DNA of 64,000 nucleotides from Schmidtea polychroa (lineage: Eukaryota), in assembly GCA_044892525.1 (NCBI GenBank), contig CM097888.1, positions 90,644,001 through 90,708,000 on the forward strand, written 5' to 3'. Positions 54,855 to 64,000 of this stretch are shown one piece after another. The position numbers and the translations under genes are program-made. A model generated the notes under the pieces. That model was not told where the DNA came from, did no database searches, and saw only the letters and a list, made by a program, of their open reading frames with translations. The number at the start of each line of letters is the position of its first letter. Within the stretch, counting starts at the first letter, position 1.

Positions 54855-55966
54855 AAAGGTTGGATTAGAGAATGGCCAGTACAAATATGAACCCTATATA
54901 ACCCAATCCCAATGACATGAATGCCACATATTCCTCGTTGATAAATTGAACAACAAAATGGGAAATAAATGGTTTCACGATTGCCAATGTTAGAATAAAT
55001 TATTGCCATTGTATTGTCCCGTTCAATTAATGAATACGGCCATTGTTTGCGCAATATTTCACTTGAAATTTGATTTTACATCGGATTTCCTGTTCAATAT
55101 TTTCTGTTTCCAATTATTCTGTCTTTTATATTCCTGCATCTCTCCGACCGGTTTCCAGGCAGCGTCAACTTTTGAGCCAGCCAGCCAAATGAAATAGGGT
55201 TAATTTCTCAGAGATAGATTGATAATCTTATTAAAACATTTTGTTGAGTATATGAAAGGGCAATAAAGGTCACATGAAGCTCCTGTCATTTGAAGGACTG
55301 ATTAGGTTTTATTCAATAGACAAGTTTCTTCAGCACTGCAAAATGTAATTATTTTATAAACATTACTTTTATCTTAGATTTTAATAGACAATAGAAATCC
55401 TAGAAGATATTTATTTGGCAGTTCAGCGAAGGGTTGACTTATCCATTTATCAAGAAATAACCCGTTAACAGGGACCAGTGAATAAAAGGAGATGGAGCTA
55501 ATTGAATGTCAATGTCATTTTCAAGAATAGAAACAATGGAATAATAATAGAGCGTGGTATTATTTACAGATCACGCCTATTGCAATCCACATCATTGGTT
55601 ACTTGATCCTATTGAATTCAACCCAGGAGGGAGAAGGTATCTAATATGCGCATATACCTATATATCTATCTCAAATTTAATGATGAATTATCTACCAATT
55701 ACCCCCCCCCTCCGTTCCTCCTTCATACTGACCGATGTAGGGTTTCCTGTGGTATAAAGTGGCTGTCAAATGTCTCCTTGACATCAGTTAATAGAGACAA
55801 CTATCAAGCCCAACCAAAGAACAAACGAGAAAATCTGATTTATTAACAACAAATAGAAATGGAACAATAAATATTTATAAAACATGATAATAATCAATTG
55901 GAACAAATAAAAACTAGGAAATCCACAAAATACCGGTGGAAAGCCTCCGACGCGTCATCCAATCAA

Positions 55967-56310
55967 CTAGAGCTCCATTTTCTCATTGGCAACGCCCGAT
56001 TGGAAGCTGTGCAATATATTCAACCGAGTTTTTATTTCAAGCTTTTTGTTGTCAGACACATTTCCATCGCTCAATTTCCTCAATCGTTCTCGCTCGCTTT
56101 TCACAAAATCCACTCCGTTGTTACGGATCTTTGTTGCAATCTTTAAATATTTCTCGGCCGATGAATGTTTGGCTTTGTCGGGTTTCAGATCTTTTACTTT
56201 ATTGGTCATTAGATCTATAATTTTATCCTGAACTTCGGCATTGCTATTGACGAATTCCTTGGCGATTTGATCAAACTCTTCAAGGCATCCGTTCAAACCG
56301 ATGTAAGCCC
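55967..56310 (-). CDS. ERP29: Last exon of ERp29/Windbeutel-like ER protein (helical D domain, KMEL ER-retention signal)
   Basis: GAYIGLNGCLEEFD..AKEF...YLKI..KI...G..FV..E.ERL..L...KK.E...RLNIL..F and a C-terminal KMEL, with a tttcag acceptor at 56311. Upstream exons not located. Confidence 0.78.
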
Positions 56311-57661
56311 CTGAAATTAGTCACTTGTACAATGCCGCCACTCGCAAGTTTTTAATATTAGCCAATTTGAAATGTTTTGAAAATGTTGTTGAAAAATATT
56401 TAAATGATTATTTGTAATAAATTACCATAGTTACCGTATAGCTCGGTCTAAATACGCCATTTCAAGATAGGCCAATGAAGGCCTACTTCAACCAAAGATA
56501 AATAGCGGCTAATGATAATAATCAAAGTATAATAACGTTTGAACGCGGCCCCGGTTATTTGCGTACATTGTAAACGTGTTGAGTTTGCATCACTGGATCT
56601 TTCATTTCCAAAGATTTCAAACAGATAAATTCCTTCACTTATTACAAAATATGTCAGTCCATTGTTTATTATCCCAGTCACAGAACAGTTTCAATTAAAA
56701 AAATGAATGTGGCTTACAAATAGTAAGTAATTGAATAATGAAGTTGAAACCTTTTGTGAGACATATATTGTTAATCAGAAGGATTAAACAGTCCGAGAGT
56801 GAATAAACCTTACAAATATATGAAATGTTGATACAAAAATAGAAAGATCAAAGTTAGAAATGAAACGGAAGATATCCACAGAGATATGTGATATGGAGCG
56901 TGAGAATTGTATTGCATGATTCAGTTACAGTTGATGAATAGATGAAAATAAATAATTATATAAATAAATAATTTAGTAATAATAACAAAATATTAAACAA
57001 ACAATGCTTTGATGAAATATATAATAAACAATTTCTATCAAGTTGGGATTATTAAATTTCACGGACTAATAACTATGGAAATGATGCATAAAATGGATAA
57101 TTATTCATTGTAAGGATAATTTGTTAATAAATGTTTCCTTGCAATTCCTGACCGCTACTCAGCAATAAGTTTTTACTGGGGGCTACTGATAATATTAGAT
57201 GGAAAATGACAAATTTTATAAATGAAAATTCCTTTCCACTCCAATTATAAGGAAATTCTTATATAAAAATATATTCACTGATCGGTATATATTTCAAACG
57301 GTTCAATCAGATAAATGCAGGTGACGGATTTGAGGTATTCCGCAAAAGATCAGCCAATGAAATGCAAGTTGGTAGATATTGGCCCTCTGCAGTCACCCCC
57401 TGCTGGAAAATGTCACTGGGTTTTCTTTGCTGTAGATGACCAATGGGGTTTTATGCTCTAAAGGAACTACAGTTCATTGTTTCTTAAAATATGTTACCAT
57501 AAATTTTAAGAATTTACTTTGATTTACTATAATTAGTTTATTTTTTAATGATTACCCTAATTCTCAGAATCCAACGAATATTCAAAATATGTATTGAATA
57601 AATAGTTAAACATACATGGCAATGATTTAATTATAAGAAAGCGCAAATCAAACATTCTTTT

Positions 57662-57700
57662 CACGATATATTTCGATAGTTTTCCTGTCATCATCAGGTG
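57662..57700 (-). ncRNA. Minimal hammerhead motif (intact core, one stem II mismatch)
   Basis: CAC CTGATGA T GACAG GAAAA CTATC GAAA TATAT C GTG. Confidence 0.6.
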
Positions 57701-57783
57701 GGATATAATAACTCATTAAATTAAGGATTTTAAACAAATTTATTAATTATATAAAATCCTTAATTTCCATAGTTATTATATCC

Positions 57784-57822
57784 CACCTGATGATGACAGG
57801 AAAACTGTCAAAATATATCGTG
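57784..57822 (+). ncRNA. Minimal hammerhead motif (perfect stem II, G12->A)
   Basis: CAC CTGATGA T GACAG GAAAA CTGTC AAAA TATAT C GTG. Confidence 0.55.
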
Positions 57823-60321
57823 AAAAGAATGTTTGATTTGCGCTTTCTTATAATTTTAATTATTACTTAAATTTACCCTATTTTTAAAATTATTACCTTA
57901 ATTTCTCACAAGTCATTGATTCTTCAAAATAGTTTACCATAGATTCGAATATAAAAATGTTGGAATCAATAAAAACAAAATAAAATCAAAACCTTTTACA
58001 AAAAATCCCTGAGACCTAAAAAATACTTGTGATTTTTTAACGAGAGGCTAAATCTAGTACAAGAAATCCTTGGACCTAAAATACCTGTATACTATGGTAT
58101 GATATTCACATAACCATGATAGGCCACATGAGCGCAGGCTTTTTAACAAGATCTTAATTCTAGTTCATTTTTACCTGAAAAATATTTAGTCAAAAAACCC
58201 ATTGGTCCTCTACAGCAGTGCCGAAAGGGAGGTTGCAGTAGAGGGCCAATATCTACCTAATAATGCATAATAACCCTTTCCACTCACATTAATTTTCCCA
58301 AATGTGTTTCTTCAACTTATATATAATTTAGAGAATTTTGTGGAATTTCAAGAACCTATGTGAGAATTTGTAATGATATGGTCCACCTATCTCAGGAATT
58401 ACAAGCCGTGGGGAGTGGTAGAAACAGTTTTCAAGAATGTGGCAAACAAATGGAAATGGTTAAAATGTTAGAAATTTGTGAGCAAATACTTTGTGAAAAT
58501 ATTAATTCTACTACGTAAGATTATCAGAAAGAATTTTTCTGTTGAGCTTAATTTCATTTGAGGAGTTAAAATATTTTCCTAATAAATAATGTAAATAGTG
58601 TTTTGTGTTTGGTGCTTTCATTTTTAATTTACAAATATTTTTGTTAATATCGATTGATGTAAAATGCAACTTTTTAAACTTTTAATATTTTGCAGGAAAC
58701 TAGATGAAAATATAAATAGCAAAGATTTTCAATTATAAAGATGCAAAATCTACACATCTTTAAAATGAAATTCGCAAAAGTATGTGGCCTCCTCACATTG
58801 CAATCGACACGTCACTTACTTGTAGTGAAACCAACAAAAACAAGTCCCTTACTAGATTAGAGGTCAAGTTCGAAGTATTTTTCTATCAACGTTTCACACC
58901 TTCGTAATTATTATGATAAAAGAAACTCCTTGTGTGACACTACATGTTAGTAATGTGAATCGGAAACAGGTTGGGATTAACAAGTAATGGAGCACCAACG
59001 GTCTCGCACGGGCCTTAGTTTGACCACCCTTACATTATAAGAGTAAGTTTAAAAATGAAGGTTAATTCAGAGAATGCTCAACCTTTACGTTTGCCAAAAT
59101 TTGTCAACATAGAATTTAATGTCAAATAAAAAACAGCCATTTCCTAAGCGTTTCAAAGATTTCCTCTCTAATTAATGAATATTAGTATAAAAAAATATTT
59201 TATTATATAAAATTTGTTTGTTTAAATAATCAAATTCAAAACGCCAATTTTTCACAATTTTCATCGACGATGAAAACAAGTTTGGGGAGACCTGTAAATT
59301 GTGCAATTCTAGACACAGACCTTTATAGGTTCCATTGACTGATATCTTTCTTCACAGCGCAATGAACGGTGATACGTTGACCAACACTATAAGGCTTTGG
59401 AAATTTTGATCGTTTTCAATACAACCTTCAGAGATTATCCTCGATTATTTGTTTACATGATGTGGTGAAACCTTTACTTACTGATAACTTGCAACAGGTT
59501 GAGATTATATAGAAATTCACGATGTAAAATGAACGAACTGACTGCTATAGCTATCCGCTTACAGTACCATTTGGAAAGTATGTGATGGAGACATCCGTCA
59601 TGTCACTGCATTTGCAATTTTTGATGACGATTATAACCATTTTGGCCCTCGACGTTTTCAAATTTGTAATAAAATTTAATTAACATTATTTATTCATTCA
59701 TAATTCAATAGATGAATATTAAATTGTGAAAGCATTTTTGTGTTTTTAATATTAGATTAGCAAATGTCCACTTAGGTTCGCAGCTATAATACTTTGTGAA
59801 ATGATCTTTTCTGTCATAATATCTTCTGAATCTGGTGTAGACTACCTAGTTTCTCCACTATTCCAGGGGTTTCTTTCAATAAGATCCTCACCTGGAAGCC
59901 CATATTTACGAGAGCTTAATTGTAACCATGGTAATTATATTCTAATGACTGGTTTTTATAAGCTCAAGGGCCACATGAGAAACAATATGAAGTTATTTTC
60001 TGTGTTTCTATTGTTAAATATTCTTCTTATTTTAACCAAGATGAAACTTTTCTATGAAGAATGGCTCCAGTAAATGTCATGCTGCCCTGGTTCCAAAAAA
60101 TGATTTCAATATTAAGAGTAACCAAAAGTACCTCTAACTACAATGAAAAATACTCTTTTCTATCTTTCTGAAATTAAAAAAATCAATATAAAACAAAATC
60201 AATATAAAACAACAAAGATAAAGCACTATCAAATTTATTAGTTAATAAAAGTTATAAAATAAATGGAAATATAGAAAGATATAAAAAGTATGCAAAATAT
60301 ACGCGAGTTGCAATAATAGGA

Positions 60322-60868
60322 TTAATCCAATGGAGGCCTCTCAAACACCATTGACAACGTATCCACCAAGGGTGTCAGACTGGATGTCAAGCTGCCATCT
60401 ATTCTATCAAGAGTTATCCTAGCTCCATCGACTCCAATAACACTCTGCAAATACATTTCCAAATGCTGTGAATTCCATTTCTCTAGACGATCCGACATAA
60501 TCGATATTGGGTTTCCTCGTGGATTCCCCACAATTTCTATGTTTGAGCTGCCAGTTCCTTTATTATCAACTATTTCAATCACGATCGATTTCAAAAGCTC
60601 CTCTGATGGACGGAGCTCTTCCACTTTATAAATTGAATCAAAGTTTGATTGGCTCCAGACAATCAATTGTGCCAACTGATCTCGAATCTCTTTTATTAAA
60701 CTATTTTTCTCGATCAGACTCATTTCACCAAGAAAATCTTTCAACATCTTTTCGTTAACAATGATTGAGACTGGACTCGAGATTTCCTCACAAAGGATAC
60801 CAGCCAACACAGCAGTAATTGCATTCATTGTAAATAGAGGAAATTGCAAACTTTCAACCGATGCAAAT
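60322..60868 (-). CDS. Probable terminal coding exon of an unknown host protein
   Basis: ~180 open codons after a tttttacag acceptor, with protein-like composition; duplicated downstream. Confidence 0.55.
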
Positions 60869-63614
60869 CTGTAAAAAGTGAAAATCGGAAAATAGAGGTT
60901 TCCTTAACTTGATAATCTCGCAATCATCGAGATACCCTTCAAAAGGAATGTGGACGTTAAAATCAATCATTTGTGAAATTGCTGTTAGGATCACGCCAAA
61001 TTAATATTCAATTAAAATAATTTCATGAGCAAACAACAATAAATAAATAGATAGGATATCAAATTGAATATTGCAACTTTGTAAATAACCAAAGTAAAAT
61101 GAAAATCATTAACAAATGCAAGAAGTATTACAAGAAATAAATGCAAACATTATAAATATGAATAACGCAATAAAAGCAAATTCAAAATAATAAGAAATTA
61201 CGAATACAAAATAAAAGATTTAATCGAAAAAATAAGTGAAAATTCCCTCCAAAAATGATTAAAATTAAATCAAGAAATAACTCGAAAAAAAATTATTTCA
61301 ATTGTTTTAATGAATCAATGTATCCACTCCAAATTCAAATATTTTTCCAAGTTTTTATGTCCAATTGGCCAATTCGTACTTAATTGATAATTGTACTTTA
61401 TTATTGTTATAAGGTAATTGCATTTCTGTTTATGTTATCTATGCTTTTTATTTTGTTTTAATCTATCATTGTATATTTTGTGTGTAAGAGCTAGTTTGTC
61501 TAAATAATCAATTTATCTTAGATCGATATTTCGAATTTTCTATTGTTTTTCGAATCCGGCAGCGTAATTCCAGTTCAGGATCGATGACTCAACCAAGGTT
61601 ATAAACCATAGAACCAGAAAGTGGTAGATCAAGATACAGGCGATGAACAACAACGTAAAGTTTCTCGATATCGATCACGCTTCATGATATCCCATGAAGT
61701 ACAACGCGTGACTGACTCAATTACGTCCTCAAACTTCTTATTTTCTTAAAGATATTTATAATTTTACAACCTCAATAATTGCTCTCACAGACCATAATAA
61801 AGTGTTGGAATCATAGTTACCATAAGCATTATATTTTTGAGCATGGGATGAAATGTTAAAAATAAGTTAAAAACAGTAAAATGATTCTAAAAAATCGCGA
61901 TTATCAACCTAAGCGGAATTGGAAACATCATTATAAGTCACAGAAAAGTGGAGAATGAAGCAAGCATTTGAAGAAGGAGAAATGAAAGAAAGTCAATTAA
62001 AATAGAATAAAGGGTTAGTAATAATTAATAAGTAGAAATTTAGAGAAAAGAACAAAACAAATTTTTTGAGCTGAATCAAAAATACAGAATAAATGTTTAT
62101 TAAAACTAAATTTTTCACGGACAGAAAAATAAAGTAGGTCACTGAAAACAAACAAGCTAAGCATGCCACCACAATACACATATGGAAATGCATATCATAT
62201 GGTTAAAAGTGCTGCATAATGAGGATAGGCTCATTGACATATTCACTCTCAATGAATATAAAACACGCCAAAGCAAATACAAGGTAAACGTATTTTCAGA
62301 AAATCAACCATAAAGATATAATAATCGCCAAGAACAACAACAACAATCCAGATGATTTCTTCAACCAACTTGATTCGGTGAATAATAAATTCATTAAAAG
62401 AAATTTCATAAACAGTTTAATTCATCTATTGAACAGAGCATATAATTAGTTATATTTCATGGATATTGTTAGGGATAGGTCTGGGGCCTTGATTGTAAAA
62501 TAAATAAAAAATTACTATAATTAGAAATAGAGTAAATAAAAATAATAAATAATTACTGAAAATAAAAGATAGGTTTAATTATTTACTATAAATAGAAATA
62601 AGTTGTATATAGTATTATTTAATTATACTGTTACTATAAATGGTAATTATAATATTACTAATAATATATTAAATAAATAATATTTATTATAAATACTGGT
62701 TCAAAACGAGAACCAGGGGGGGGGGAATAATTTAGAACGGAATAATTTAGGATCTAATAACTTAGAAAGGAATTAGAGACGCAAAAAAAATTGCAAATGG
62801 AAAACAAATTCATCAGGAAAATTATAAATAGGAGAAACGTGACAACGAAACTAATTAATTATTATCGAAGATTAAATCGGGATTATTATCAGTAGAATCG
62901 ACTATATAAAGCGAGATATTTCATTATATCGAGAGAAGAGATTTTGGAGAAAATTGAAATTTCGTTCAAGGAAGGAGAGATTGAAATATCTGTTGTTTGA
63001 AGAACTGTCTTGAATGAAGTAAAATTATTGACTTGAGGGATAAAATATTATCCTGGTGCGATTAAAATAATTTAAGCGAGTACAAAGTAGTGTCAGCTTA
63101 CTTTCGTATTCTCTGGATGCCCCAAAATAATTCCCACTTGCTTACCCAACTCTTTCATCGACTTTGCGATCGTTGTACTACACAGGAGCCATCGATCTCT
63201 TGCAGGCTGAGATAAACAGCAGGGATTAACAAATCCAATGTCTTATATCTATACAATAGTTGTAAATTATTGTTTTGTAAATTGTTAAAAGTTTCATAAA
63301 GAGAAAGGAGTTTGTTCTTTATTCGTTCTATTTAATTTATTACGCACAACCACATTAAATATATTACATTTATACCTATTTTTATTTATAAGAGTCATTG
63401 TGTTGAGATCAGTAATCCCCGTTTTTCGATCTTAACAATATTATAATTTTATCATTGATGTGTAATCCTTTTAATCAATTAATTAATTAATAAAAAATAA
63501 GAATCAATAAAAATATTAATCAATAACAAAATCAATAAAAATTAATAAAATCAATAACTACAGAATGTCAGAATAAAATATGGTTTCCATAATAGGATTA
63601 ACCAAAAATAACTT

Positions 63615-64000
63615 ATCTTTCTGAAATTAAAATATCAATAAATAGTAAAATCAATATAAAACAAAATCAATATAAAACAAAATCAATATAAAACAACAAA
63701 GATAAAGCACTATCAAATTTATTAGTTAATAAAAGTTATAAAATAAATGGAAATATAGAAAGATATAAAAAGTATGCAAAATATACGCGAGTTGCAATAA
63801 TAGGATTAATCCAATGGAGGCCTCTCAAACACCATTGACAACGTATCCACCAAGGGTGTCAGACTGGATGTCAAGCTGCCATCTATTCTATCAAGAGTTA
63901 TCCTAGCTCCATCGACTCCAATAACACTCTGCAAATACATTTCCAAATGCTGTGAATTCCATTTCTCTAGACGATCCGACATAATCGATATTGGGATTCC
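63615..64000 (-). repeat. Near-identical duplicate of ~60160-60516 (3' end of the same exon and UTR), cut by the window edge
   Basis: Offset 3484 bp; one coding-region difference seen (gggtttcc vs gggattcc). Confidence 0.9.

Larger units (their letters stand above)
57371..58257. mobile_element. MITE-like unit with 18-bp terminal inverted repeats and a central 227-bp palindrome
   Basis: ggtagatattggccctct / agagggccaatatctacc, with palindrome at 57629-57855. No clear TSD. Confidence 0.55.

Overview
AT-rich eukaryotic genomic DNA with five N-gaps. A planarian-like flatworm host is inferred from composition and element type, not proven. About two thirds of the window is retroelement. (1) 1-20399 (minus) is a giant Ty3/Gypsy-type LTR element whose 3' end lies left of the window. 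From its 5' end it has a ~3.8-kb protein-coding LTR, a tRNA-Pro PBS, an IAP-type RING ORF and a leader with a U36 tract and a 74-bp array. A 2948-aa polyprotein follows, in the unusual order Gag(3xCCHC) - three ubiquitin-like domains - Bcl-2-like - chuvirus-like fusion glycoprotein - protease - RT, with RNase H and integrase deleted. At the 3' side are accessory ORFs (membrane protein, small coiled-coil, TRAF, long coiled-coil) whose spacers each carry three Pumilio elements. An LTR-end+PBS fragment that looks like strong-stop cDNA has inserted back into the element with a 6-bp duplication. (2) 27103-35908 is a young CsRn1-like Gypsy element with apparently identical 1343-bp LTRs carrying a captured lipin fragment, and an ORF1 of host-like region + ubiquitin-like-GG + Gag. 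(3) 38612-42745 is a TSD-bounded 4.1-kb solo LTR related to the LTR of (1), also with an intact ORF. Also present are Penelope, LINE, mariner and Gypsy debris, minimal hammerhead ribozyme motifs, a B-type muscarinic receptor gene, an ERp29-like last exon and a tandemly duplicated unknown exon. No rRNA, tRNA gene or CRISPR array is supported.
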